Under the pieces are notes generated by a model, which did no database searches, was not told the DNA's origin, and saw only the letters and a list, made by a program, of their open reading frames with translations. A stretch of DNA of 63,791 nucleotides, the filler included, from Dicyema japonicum (taxonomy: Eukaryota; Animalia; Dicyemida): NCBI GenBank assembly GCA_011109175.1. It is 9 parts of 9 records of this genome, joined end to end, with 100 filler letters (N's around TTAATTAATTAA, not from the genome) between each part and the next. Parts side by side here need not be neighbours in the genome. Positions count along the whole stretch, not along the records: positions 1 to 20,766 come from RDEW01000011.1; 8 more parts are not named here. One strand, written 5' to 3'. A program made the translations under genes and the position numbers. Numbering within the stretch: position 1 is the first letter of the stretch; each line of letters opens with the position of its first letter. This document shows positions 1-12,200 of the stretch, one piece after another.

Positions 1-2208
1 ATGCTTTTAGGTTCTGACTTTACATTGTACGTCTGCTTTTTTATTGCTATTTAGAATCACAGATGGGAATAATACCCAAATCACTAACGAACTAGCAGAA
101 GAAGTTATTAATAAAACTGGTTTTGACAACTCTTTTAAAAATTGTTCTTTGCTGACTAACATTATGACGTAGATGACTACTATTTCGAAAATATTTCGGT
201 GGACGAAAACATAGGATTTGAGTTCGACGATATTCGTTCATTACTCTTAGAAATGAGGAACAAGACGAATTTCAGCCCAAATTAGCGAGGAAAAATCAAA
301 TTATCTGGTAATTTAATCAATTAAAATATTCCTAACAGTAGCGATGACGACCTGAATGAAACTGATTGCTTTCTCCCTTCAGGTTAATTAAAATGCATTA
401 TTCCAGACGTCAGTGACGTGGAATTAAATTTGATTGACGAAACTACTAAAACCGACGATCAGAAAAACCCAAAAATTCGGAAAGATGAGAAGTTGCATAC
501 TTTAGTAGTATTTTAGTAATACATTAATTGACGAAATATTTGGCGACGATGATGTGGACGAATTTGAGGTATGCATGTTGTTTTAAAACTAAATAAAAAG
601 ATATTTGTTTACAAATTATTTATTATGAATTTTTAGGGATTTAACCGTGTGGATAATGCAAAGGAATCCCAACAGGTAAGATCGGACTCCTCACAGGAAA
701 TGTATTCGGAAATCTTTGAATTTTTTAGAGTCGAGGAAATATCAGATTTTGATAAAATGATGAAACGTGTCAAGTCTGAAAGAAAGCGTTTTCTGAGCAG
801 ACGACGTAAAAGAAACGACATTAATTTACTAAACGACAATGACGATGTTATTACTGTGATCGTAAACGACATGAGGACCGCTTCTGAGGTAACTGCCGCC
901 ATCATATTTTAGTCCGATCGTGAAGCTAATAAAGCAAGAAGACCTGGCATTAGTAAACTCCAGATGCTTTCATATCTAGTCTCCCAATTACAAAAGTACA
1001 TAATATCCTATTAAATATATTTGAGTAAAAATATACAATTTAGAAAACACGTTCAGGCGGCCTTCATAGAGGGAGGATTTCTCGGTGCTCTTGCAGTAAA
1101 AAATTTATGTTTAAAAGTAGGAATGGCTTGCCCCATTGCCAGACAATTCACTCCCGACGATGAAAATAAGAAATCAACTGCTACCAATTCTTGAAGGAGT
1201 AAATAAATATGAAATATATTTTCTTTTAGTTTCCAGTACCAGACCCGGAATTACTTAAATTAAGTGGGATTGGGAAAGCCATAATGTACCTGTATAAAAG
1301 TACTAAAGAAACGANTTAGAAAACACGTTCAGGCGGCTTTCATTGAAGGAGGATTTCTCGGTGCTCTTGCAGTAAAAAATTTCTGTTTAAAAGTAGGATT
1401 GGCTTGCCCCATTGCCAGACAATTCACTCCCGACGATGAAAATAAGAAATCAACTGCTACCAATTCTTGAAGGAGTAAATAAATATGAAATATATTTTCT
1501 TTTAGTTTCCAGTACCAGACCCGGAATTACTTAAATTAAGTGGGATTGGGAAAGCCATAATGTACCTGTATAAAAGTACTAAAGAAACGAAGGAGAACAA
1601 AATTATTTGTAAAAGAATATTGGGTAGGATATTTTAGCTTTTATTTAAAGACGCCTGGTCGCGCCCTTTATTCAATCTCTCGACAGATTATAAAACTATG
1701 GATCGCGAGGAGAGAAAGCGGCACGACCAGTTACATGCTCGTAAGCAGAAGAAAAGGTTTTGTTTTTTAATACTATCGAATATACTGAAATTAATCCTAT
1801 GTCAGATATAATACCAGCCCACGTGACCAGCCAAGGTCAAAAATAGCAGCCAAGGCGGACGATCAGTTTTATAGTCGTGCACGACCTCCTACGCTTTCGA
1901 CTCAGGATTACGTTAACAGACCGGTTTCGGAGGTATCTCTTGATAGAATTACCAAGAAAAGGGTATTTTTAATAATAAATATTATTTTAAGGCAATTAAT
2001 AGTAATCAAAGGCTTAACAAAATGCGACAGATTAAAGATAAAAAGCGAGGTTCTGGGTCTGATAAAGTACTTTCTATTACTAAGTAATTATTTTAAGGCA
2101 ATTAATAGTAATCAAAGGCTTAACAAAATGCGACAGATAAAAGATAAAAAGCGAGGTGCTGGGTCTGATAAAGTACTTTCTATTACTAAGTACTCTGGAA
2201 TAATTTAA
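1..2208 (+). CDS. IWS1: IWS1/SPN1 transcription elongation factor (multi-exon; start may lie upstream of the window)
   Basis: Spliced translation gives [42 protein letters not shown]|[26 protein letters not shown]|[55 protein letters not shown] and [16 protein letters not shown]. These match the IWS1 TFIIS-N-like domain (cf. WLSPLPDRSLP, SGIGRAVMYLYKHPKE, WSRPIFGL). Exons are duplicated across the N at 1315; the stop is at 2087, or 2208 in the second copy of the last exon. Confidence 0.93.
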
Positions 2209-2259
2209 CTTTTTGAGTTATTAATTTAAAATTTTTTTCAAATGTATATAAAATCCACC

Positions 2260-2646
2260 GGGTAGCTGATTGGTTGAGAACCCGCAGTTTCCCAAGGGTC
2301 CTTGGTTCGATTCCCAGAGGCTGTCTGTGCTGGAAGCTCCGTTCGGGTTTTGACGAGTGACGCCGTCATGAACATCACATACGGACGCCGCATGGAACGG
2401 ATCTCCGGATGGGATGTTGAGCTTTCTAGTCTGGTTTTGAGGAGTGACGCCGTCATCGTTGGCTTTCCAAAAAGTGGAATCGGACTATCTAGAAAGAACC
2501 CACACGCAAAGAAAAATAATTGAAGAACATTGGCCTGTTCCTTCCGATTAATTAACATTAACTGTTCTTCACTTAAATAAAGTGTGTGTCTTGCCTATGC
2601 GGGGTCATAAAACACTATGGCTCTCGTGAAAAGGCTATTATATAAA
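2260..2646 (+). mobile_element. tRNA-derived SINE, copy A
   Basis: tRNA-like head (GGGTAGCTGATTGG...GGTTCGATTCCC), core GGTTTTGACGAGTGACGCCGT shared with 13290-13603 and 21824-22103, and an RTE-like tail TATGGCTCTCGTGAAAAGGC. Confidence 0.85.
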
Positions 2647-3229
2647 ATTCACTTATCTTAACGAATTCGGAGAGTATCATATTTAAATTTAGTGATAAAC
2701 ACGTATCAATGTTTGTGAGCTCAATACTCTGCTTTATAATTAAAAAGGATAATGACTGAAATATGGACAAAAATTATTGTTTTCTAATTTTTATATATTA
2801 GTTTTACGATATGGAAAAACCACATATTTAAGATACATGATGTGTAACTGGAAGTCTGTTGGTTTTTGACTTCTAATCAAAAAAATAATAATGGAGGCTT
2901 TTTAGTTTAGTAACTTTTAATAATTCTCAAATTTGATCGAAAACAACACTAAAATCGGAATCTCATGGGATATTAACTTGGAATTTCCTAAAGAATTATA
3001 GAAATAGTTTATAAACCACAAACGACTTGTAATTAAAATATTTTTTATATAAATTGATTGGACAAACGGCTGCAAGTAAAATTAGCTTCAAAAAGTCGAG
3101 AGTTGAATAAAAAGGAGCACCCCTTACATCAGCGATTCCAAACNTAGGATAAAACTAAATTATCCTATAGTAGATAACTTAATTTCTTCCATAAAAAGAC
3201 TCGTTCCTCAAAATAGTAGTCGAAGGCAA

Positions 3230-3468
3230 CTATTTGCTGAAATAATATTTTTGTCAACTTTCCTCTTTTTTGGATCAACTTTGTTGTTATTTGAGAGGTC
3301 AATTTTTGATTTTTTAGGTCAGCTTTGTGGTTGCCCTAATAATTACTTATTGTAATTTTGTTGTTAAGTTTCTTGAATATATTAATTAAAAAACATTTCT
3401 AATTAGTGCCGCGAGAAAAAAAATCTGGTTTTAGGTACCGCGATCACAAAAAAGTTGGGAAACGCTAC
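3230..3468. mobile_element. Probable non-autonomous hAT-type element end
   Basis: Repeated TCAACTTT-like subterminal motifs ending in GTTGGGAAACGCTA, which resembles a hAT terminal repeat. The other end is not seen. Confidence 0.35.
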
Positions 3469-4065
3469 CTTAAATGGTAAAGTTATGAAGTCACGTACAT
3501 CGACGGAACGTGACCATGTCATTGATAGAGCTGTGTGGTGAATGGGCTAGGTATGTGCCGGGACGATATAAGATGATAGGAGAAGAAAGTTACTAATATC
3601 CAGTCCGAAACTGGAAGTAAACGATAATAAAGTCTCTATTTATCACAATATTCATGGATAAGAACGAAAATTCTCGGAGAGAAACTTAAACATTTTTGTA
3701 ATTATAAAGCTTGATATACATTGTGATAAAATGGACAACGTGTGAAAAAATAGATTCTTTTTTTCATTTTAGAAAAGGTAATAAAAATAAATTCACAAAT
3801 CACGGCATCGAAATGTTTACATTGAAGTATTTCTTCGTTATTGGTATAAAATACTTCAACATCATTTAGACTTCAGAGATTTCCGATTGATATAGTGAAA
3901 GAATTTATTCATCCGGGAATGTCATCGAAAATAGTCAATCAAATATTCTGACTATAAATAAACGTTGTTCTAATAAGGCTCCGTCATCACGTTGGTGTCT
4001 ATTTTATTTACTTAATTTTTCTACTTTTTAATATAAATTATAATTTAACAGCATTATTTTAATAT

Positions 4066-6113
4066 ATGTTCAAGTTGTGTTTAATTATGTTTTTCAAATT
4101 TTATATTTAATTTATATTTTTAACTTACATTAATTAGTGAGATTATTGAACTACAATATCCCCTTGTCTACCCTTACGAACCAACACCCGTTTCACTGCC
4201 GTTTATTTCCCCAATAGTGATTGATAACGGTTTCTTGATTTTTTAATTTAAATAAATTAGGAAGTTATTTTTGTAAGGCTGGATGGAGCTCATCGTCTAA
4301 TCCGGAAATGATCTTCAGACCTAATGTTATCCGTAACCGCTTTCCTAACGTAAGGGTAATTTTTTATTCATAAATATTTCAAAGGATGAAATTTTTGTGG
4401 GAAATGAAATTTCGTACAATGATATGTTCAAATATCAGCTTCGATCTCCATTTGAGGGAGGGATTGTCTGCAACATTTCGTATCAGGTAATTGTGATAAT
4501 TAAACTTATTTCAAAAAGGAATTGATTTTTGATCATGTTTTTGATAAATTTGGACTTTCTGAAATTGTAAAAAATATTCCTGTTCCTTTAGTAATAACCG
4601 AAGTTCTTGGGAATCCAACAATTCCACGACAGCGTAAACTGATTTTCAATATTTTTAGAAATGTCTGAACTTTTATTTGAATGCTATGATGTTCCTTCGG
4701 TATGCTATGGGATAGATCAGCTATTTTCCGTCTATTCTGTAATGTCTAATAAAATGGTCAATTCCGACTGTCTAAGCATTAACATTGGCTACAACAATTG
4801 CCATATCATTCCATATCTTAATGGAAAACCTTCATATGCAAATTGTCGGAGGATTTCAATCGGGGGCAAAACTCTCATCGAAAGTTTACGAAAATCGATC
4901 CTTATTGAACACCCTAAATTAGTTAATAGCTTATGTTTCGGCCGTGTCGATGTATTTTTGAAAGCATAAACCAATTTAGAGACTTTTTGAGAAATATTGT
5001 TCTGTTTCTCTTGACTATCAAAAAGATTCTCGTGAATGGGCAACTGATTTATTCTATTCAAAGAATGTTGTTGGACTTAGAGCTGACATTATAATATCAA
5101 ATAATATAACTAATGGGTTAAAACATTCTGATGATCAAACACCTGTGGTGACTATTAATACAACATTTTTAATATTAGCCAATGAAAAACGAAGATAAAC
5201 TCAGAGAATTACAAAGTATTCAAGAAATGGTTGACGGCAACAACATTGAAAGTTCATTTGTGAGAAAAACATTTTTAATTATTTTTTTAGAAAAAGATGA
5301 AAGTTTTCGGAATCTATTCTACTACCGAGTTGCAAAATACTATCAAATCTTTACGAAGCCTTGTGTATGGAACAAGGCGTAGAAATGCAGCTGTTATAAA
5401 TCCCAATCTTATTCTGACTGAAAATGAAACCGTTTTGTATTTATTTTAATTTTTATAGGATGAAATGTTTTTAGAACGAATGAATGAAGAAAGCGATTCA
5501 CCAAATAAACGAAGTGGGTCCAATTCAAATGTTCATTCACCTAAAATTCAAGCAACAAGCGCAACTGCTAAAAATCGAAACAAAATTCTCCCTGATGAAT
5601 TTTTTGAATCTGATATTATTCGCCTTGGACCTCAAACAATTCGGTGATTGATATTATTTTATTTTAAATAGAATTCCTGAAATAATTTTTCAACCTGGTA
5701 TTATTGGAATTTCTAAATCTGGGTTAATTGAAACTATTGAGACGTTACTCTCAAGTTTCACTGTTGACGAACAAACCCGTCTAACTTCGGTTAAATATTT
5801 TTTGTTATTGAAAATATAGAATGTACTAATTTCTGGTGGAGTTGCATATTTACCATTTTTAAGTGATCGTGTTAAACAAGAAATGATCCCAATTAGACCT
5901 TTCAACGAAGAGATTAATGTTGCCATCTGCCGTTAGTTGTTATTTTAATATTTATTAGAAAATCCATTTTTATCTTCTTGGAAAGGAGCCTCTTTGTTTG
6001 CAGAATCATCCTTATTTGAATCATCATTAATTACCAAATCTGATTACTACGAACATGGTTCGGAGTTTATGAAAATGCATCATGCGTCAAATTTTTCTGC
6101 ATTTAAAATGTGA
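4066..6113 (+). CDS. ACTR5: Actin-related protein 5 (INO80 subunit), about 12 introns
   Basis: Spliced ORF: IVIDNG|SYFCKAGW, MSELLFECYDVPSVCYGID, RIPEIIFQPGIIG, NVLISGG, IRPFNEEI, NPFLSSWKGA, ITKSDYYEHGSEFMKMHHASN; stop TGA at 6111-6113. Introns e.g. 4230-4260 (31 nt) and 4487-4518 (32 nt). The start codon is tentative. Confidence 0.92.
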
Positions 6114-6679
6114 TTCTTTAAAAGTAATGTTTGTTCAGTTTGATTTCTAATTGTTTAGTGGTAGTTTTTTAATTTTACAGTTTTAATTAATTTATTGGTG
6201 AATTTTTTCATTTGAGATTTATAAACGTATTTCTTTTAAAAAAATAAGGCAACTTCCGCATAGCCGAGGCACGTAAGTTCCTAAACCAACATTTTTGTTG
6301 TGGGGGCCAAATCAATATTTAAATTTGCTTACCGGGGCCGCCATAATTTTTAACAATAATTTGGGCGGCGCCCAGCATTCTCCCTCTCTTACGGATCGCT
6401 AAGGAGTTCGCAGCCTGTTTGCAGATCATGGAATTACACTTTTATTTCCTTTGCATTAAACTTTTTGTTAAAGAACAACAAAAAGTGTTGTAACTAAAAA
6501 GAAAAGTAGTATTTGTTTATTAAGTTATTGAAATCCGAAATAATTAAAGTTGGAGATGTTTGTAGTAGCTTTATCTGTGAGTTTGTTAGGATATTTATTT
6601 TTTATTCGAATCATTTTACTAAATATTGATTCGATGTAGATCGAAACACTGATATATTCATTAATAGTTATTTAGTTTT

Positions 6680-7045
6680 TCCGCATCTTCTCCTGGCTCG
6701 GCCGCGGCTTTGGCGGAAGCCCACTAAACGGAGAAGTACTTGAAACTCGCCGCTCAACACTTCTTTGTCCCTCTCGCTTTTGAGACCTCCGATGCCTCCG
6801 GCCCGCAAACATCCAAATTCCTGAAGGACGTCGGCCTCCTTATCGCTCGCAGGAAAATGGACGAACGCGAATCCTCTTGGCTGAGACAGAGGATCTCGCT
6901 AACAATCGTGCGCGGCAATGCGCAAGCTATCCGTTTGGCCGGGATCTAACCGTTCTAGACAACGCTCGCAGATCGAGCTCGGCTTTCTTTTTATTTAATT
7001 TCATCAAGTTATTTAGTTTCCATTTTCGTAATTTGTAGTATTTTG
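6680..7045 (+). mobile_element. CRE-like non-LTR retrotransposon 3' fragment (REL endonuclease end)
   Basis: AAALAEA.*TEKYLKL...FFVPLAFETSDASGP..FLKDVG...RESSWLRQRISLTIVRGNA followed by a T-rich tail, typical of the CRE-clade C-terminus. Confidence 0.75.
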
Positions 7046-7795
7046 TTACATCAACATCACCCTCTTGGGGTCCACGTTCAGTGCACGGGTGGGCAGATTC
7101 ATGTCGACGCGCAGTCTAGATTCAGGGGCTACCCCCCCAACAGGCATCGATAACCCGTGCCTCGTCTCAGCTTGCATGCTCTCTAAGGTCTTCCGCAACA
7201 CCAGTGTCTGGATATATGCTTTCACCCTATCCTCCACTCAAAGCGCCTCCAGATGGTTCTTGAAGAATTTTGATACAATTCCGTCCTAGGTCATAACGAC
7301 AGGGACGATCTTCACTTTCGCCCGGTGGATTGCCCCAGTTCATTTGCCAGCAAGTCGTATTTGTGGAACTTTTCCACTTCCACCAGTTTGAGACAATTTT
7401 GTGAAGTGATCCCTACCTCTATAAGCGTTAATTACCCCCCTCTCATTATTTCCGCTAACAGATCTATAGAACCGTCTTCTATTTAGTTCATGGCACCAAT
7501 TCGCTTTTCTGAATTTCTTCCTTGAGCCGTAGACCCTCAATTTTTTTCAACTATCTTGATCTCATCTCAGAGTTAAGAGGCAATCCTCTGGAACTCTTCT
7601 TTTTTTTATTTGTTGAAGCCATATGAGCACAAGGTACCACGCTGTTCGTCAGTGAGTTTCTTTTTCATCATCATTTCACTAGCACTTTGGACTTGCTCAA
7701 GCTGTAGTTTAATTTTAGCGAGTTTTTCCTTCATTGATTCTTCCCAGTTACTCTTAGGCCTTGTCTTGTTGGTAAAGCTTTCGTATGTAATATAA
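7046..7795 (-). mobile_element. R4/Dong- or NeSL-like non-LTR fragment
   Basis: KSNWEESMKEKLAKIKLQLEQV...KKLRVYGSRKKFRKANWCHELNRRRFYRS resembles the pre-RT region of REL elements; frameshifted. Confidence 0.5.
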
Positions 7796-7809
7796 CATAC
7801 AATGCATAA

Positions 7810-8405
7810 CATACAATGCCCGTGTTGAAAAGGCCTTTCTGGTAAAAACTCTTCTATTCTTCCAAGCACCATCCTTTCCAGGATTTTAGACATGGAGCAT
7901 AACAGGGAAACCGGCCTGAAAGATGCCGGGTCGTCTCTTGGTCTTCCAGGTTTCAGAATAGGCCTTATTAGTGCCTGTTTCCATAATGAAGGAATCACAT
8001 TATGGTTGATCGAATAGTTGAACATAGCAGTTAGAAATGTAATTCCTTCTTCACCAAGATTTTTTAGTAGGATGACCGGGATTTTGTCCGGACCGTGAGA
8101 GTAAGACGTTTTTGTGGAGTGCAAAGTATCCGCCACCTCTTTTGCCGAGAGAAGGAGAGGTGCCGACTGTTTCTTAAGACTTCTGTTAGAGGGGAGTGCA
8201 TCCGATTTTCTGTGCTCCTTGTGAGCTATTTTCGCGTAGAATTTGATTAGGCTGGTCACATCTTTTTGACCATATTCTTCTGCAGTTTCGGTTGCGTCGC
8301 CCTTCGCCACGTGCCGAATGGCTTTCCACACTTCTCCCGTTGAACGATTTCGGTTCACGGCTGTAAGGATCCGATTCCATTTCAGACAAGTGTATCTGTG
8401 TTCTC
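7810..8405 (-). mobile_element. APE-RT LINE internal fragment, same family as 27652-30515
   Basis: KWNRILTAVNRNRSTGEVWKAIRHVAKGD...SHGPDKIP...WKQALIRPILKPG..DPASFRPVSLLCSMSKILER is closely similar to the 28.8-29.4 kb protein. Confidence 0.9.
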
Positions 8406-8549
8406 TAGTCATTTGTTGTTGATAAAATGAATACAAATTCACTTGCAGAATAAACTTTATCCAGGATATTTTCCGGTAATCAATTTAATTTTATTTTAAA
8501 CTTAAAGTTTGATGTAAGAGTAAATAATTAAATTTTAACGTTGCTCTCC

Positions 8550-8775
8550 AGGGGCCGCATTTGAGAAGCGCTGGCCTAAATTACGCACGTGCGAGCTACA
8601 TAGTTTTTGCAAGACAGGAGAACAAGTTAGTAATGATAATTAAGCCGAATTGAGAAGTGGGGTCCGTTTGAGAACCGCTGGCCTAAACTACGCACGTGCG
8701 AGCTACATAGTTTTTGCAAGACAGGAGAACAAGTTAGTAATGATAATTAAGCCGAATTGAGAAGTGGGGTCCGAA
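8550..8775. repeat. ~108-bp tandem duplication containing hAT-like termini
   Basis: Two near-identical units, each with TTTGAGAA(G/C)CGCTG followed by GCCTAAA.TACGCACGTGCGAGC. Confidence 0.6.
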
Positions 8776-9205
8776 CTGAGGGGTCTCTTGTCTTGGAGTT
8801 TTCTTTTTACAGCGTCCCGGTACTTAATTTTTTAGTTGCGCTATTAAGAGTGTAGATTTTAAAATTTTTGACGATCGTTTAGTCAAAAATAATTTAATGA
8901 TCGATTCTTCAGTTATTTGAACCGATTTTCTTTGAAGCACTGACTGCAATTTTATGAAAAAGTCTTTACTTTTAATTCACTTGAATTTAATTTTGCTTTT
9001 TTAGATATAACTTACAAAAATAACAAACTAATCTTTAATTAAAAAATAAATAAAGAATCTGGTTTGTATTTGAGGCTCTAAAAAGTTAAAGTTAAAAATA
9101 ACTAATTATTCGTTTGAATACTAATAAATTAGTTTTCAAATCTATTTTTAAATTTAGTTTATAATTTAAATACATTTATAATATTATTAATTTTGTTTGT
9201 TTGTT

Positions 9206-12200
9206 ATGGACTACTTTAATCTATATTTCAAACGTTTTGATTATTTCCAATGCAAGTCTGATATCGACTTCAAAAAATTGATAAGTCTTGTATATATAAC
9301 TATATTTTTAAATATAGTGCGTGTTGAAGTATGGGGACAGTCCCGCTTCATTTAAGTCTGAAATAGAAAAATTCAATAATTTAAGAAGCGTTGATTAAAA
9401 AAGTGGTATTTTAGATTGCTTGTGAATTGGATTTGTGCGAGATCAAAGATTTAAAAACATATTATTGCCAATTGCGATTTCTGAAAGCCCGTGTAACCCA
9501 AGAATTGGTTTCATCTTCCTATATTGATTTCTCATGGTTTTTTTAGTTTTATTAATTTCAGGTTGGATGGTTTCACAAATGAAAATTATGTATCCAGTTA
9601 TATTGAATTGGAGGAACTGGCAATTCTTTATAACATAGCTTTAAAGTTTCCCCAATCTGTCGAAATAAGCTCTTTTGATAACCAAGACTCCGTATCTCTT
9701 TATTTGTAATGTTTAGTATTTGAAAGCTCTGTGCATTGCTTTTCAGAAATCTGCAGGCTGTGTCAAAATGTTGTCGGATTGTCTTTTTGATTTGGGTGAT
9801 AATTTAAATCCAACGGAATTCCGGATTCACGAACGTATATTTTTGGTGTTGTTCACTCATTCGTATAAACATAGATATTTGCTCAGATCTGTGTATATCT
9901 TAAATGTACCAATGAGGCTTCTGGCAAGTCTGCAATTCCTTTTATTTCTCTCTTTATAATTGAATCTTTAGAAACATTAAAACGAGACGTAAGTAAATCT
10001 CGTTCTATAAAGTCTTTTATTCAAGTTTTGATTATTTTGATATTTGATAGTTTAGAACCCTTTGGGCTGATGGAATTCAGAGTTATTTCAAATTTATGCT
10101 TAACCGATATTATGCGATTAAAGAGCTGGATTCTAAGGAATATGGACGTGGATTGCGTTTCTATCAGAATGCTCTTGATTCCCTTAAGATTTGTTTAAGT
10201 AGTCGCTTCAAGGTGACAGTTTTATAAAAATAATTAAAATTTACAAAATTATCTTAAATATTTTTAATTAATGTTCTTAAGGATATCATCCCTGATTGGT
10301 CCGAACTCAAAAAAATGGAAGTAACGGTCAAAAATGAGTGATTTTTTTATTTTACAATTATATTAGGTATCAATCCGCTAAAAAGACAAACGATATTGTT
10401 TACTACCAATCAGTCCCAGATTTGATGGATTTTCCAGTTTCAGGTTTTTAAATGAATTTATACAATTAGGAAAACAATTCGTTCAACCAATTACATTTGA
10501 TATTTATGATTCCTCAGAATGTGGTTCTAAGGATTTATTTTCTCGTCTTGTTNTTTTTTATTTTACAATTATATTAGGTATCAATCCGCTAAAAAGACAA
10601 ATGATATTGTTTACTACCAATCAGTCCCAGATTTGATGGATTTTCCAGTTTCAGGTTTTTTTAATGAATTTATACAATTAGGCAAACAATTCGTTCAACC
10701 AATTACATTTGATATTTATGATTCCTCAGAATGTGGTTCTAAGGATTTATTTTCTCGTCTTGTTTCTCTTAAGGACTATGAAACGTCGTCAATTTACAGG
10801 TTTTTCTATTTTGGTATATTCGATAATTTAGCGAACAGAAAGCACAACTTTTAAGATCAATAAAAGATGAAATATATACTAATGGACAAAAGATTGAGTT
10901 TCAATTTTCACACATGATATTTATTTTAGTGATGAAATGAAAGGATTTAAGTTTAAAATTGTTAAAGATATCATAAATGGCAATTTGGGAGATTTATCCG
11001 AACGTATAACAAAATGTATGCATTTTGCAGACAAGAATACCGATAAGTATGATAAGCTGATTAGTCAGCACTCCGGTATGGTTAACCTCTCAATTTTCTC
11101 GATTATTGTCTAATCTGTTCAAAATTTTTTATGATAAAATTCGATAAGACTATTATAATACTCTATTTTCTTAGAATTGTCGAATGTATTGGAGCAACTT
11201 GAAAATAAAATTAAATCAGTACAGTTCAAGATTGATGCCATGGTAAATTAAAAATTATTTTATTTTAGGATTCTTCACAGAAAGAAAAGAAAGATGGAGA
11301 GAAAATGCGATTTGATAAATTTAAAAATGACCACATTTTTTTATTCGCTGGTGACAGCCAGATTCTCCACGCGGTTGATCAATTAATAACAATATTGACA
11401 TTGTTGAGAGACAGGAGAGCTCTTAGAAAACATTTATCGGATCCCTTAGAATTTGTCGGTTTTTATAGAATACATACATATTTAGATGATGCGGTTATGA
11501 GTGATTCCTATATTTTCCAAGACATAAACGAAAAGATTGTCAAGCTAAGAGATCAACTCGAAGATTTGGTGAATAGACTGAGAGAGGATATGCAGAATGA
11601 TGATTTGACTCAAAAATTGGCTCAAAATCCATCTCAACCAGACAAAGTTTTATTTGCTTTTGGCACTCCTCTTTAGGATTTTTTCGAAAAAAGGCTAAAT
11701 TTATTTGATCCCAAACTGAAGATTATTCGTGAAAACATGGCCAAACAATATGAATTATTTGAAGATTTGTCCAAACTTCATTTGAAGATGTTTTATTCAC
11801 TAAAACAAATTTCTGAGCCAAAGGAATCGTGTTTGATTATCTTTTTCACCCTATAGTCGAGAGGACGACGAAACCGACATTAAATTGCGGTTGGATTTGA
11901 TAGATGAAGTTATTTCAAATACTAATGAAGCAATCGAGTCCCGAAAAAAAACCCTTCAACAAATTAATAATATTTTGTCTTCATTTCAGATACAAAAGTC
12001 AGCCCCTCAAGTTCCTCCTCGTACAGCAAATGGTTTAAACTAGTATTTGTTTAATATTCTCTAGTAACCGATTGGGGAAAATCCGATTCTTATGTTCCAT
12101 TAGGTCCTNGACATTAAATTGCGGTTGGATTTGATAGATGAAGTTATTTCAAATGCTAATGAAGCAATCGAGTCCCGAAAAAAAACCCTTCAACAAATTA

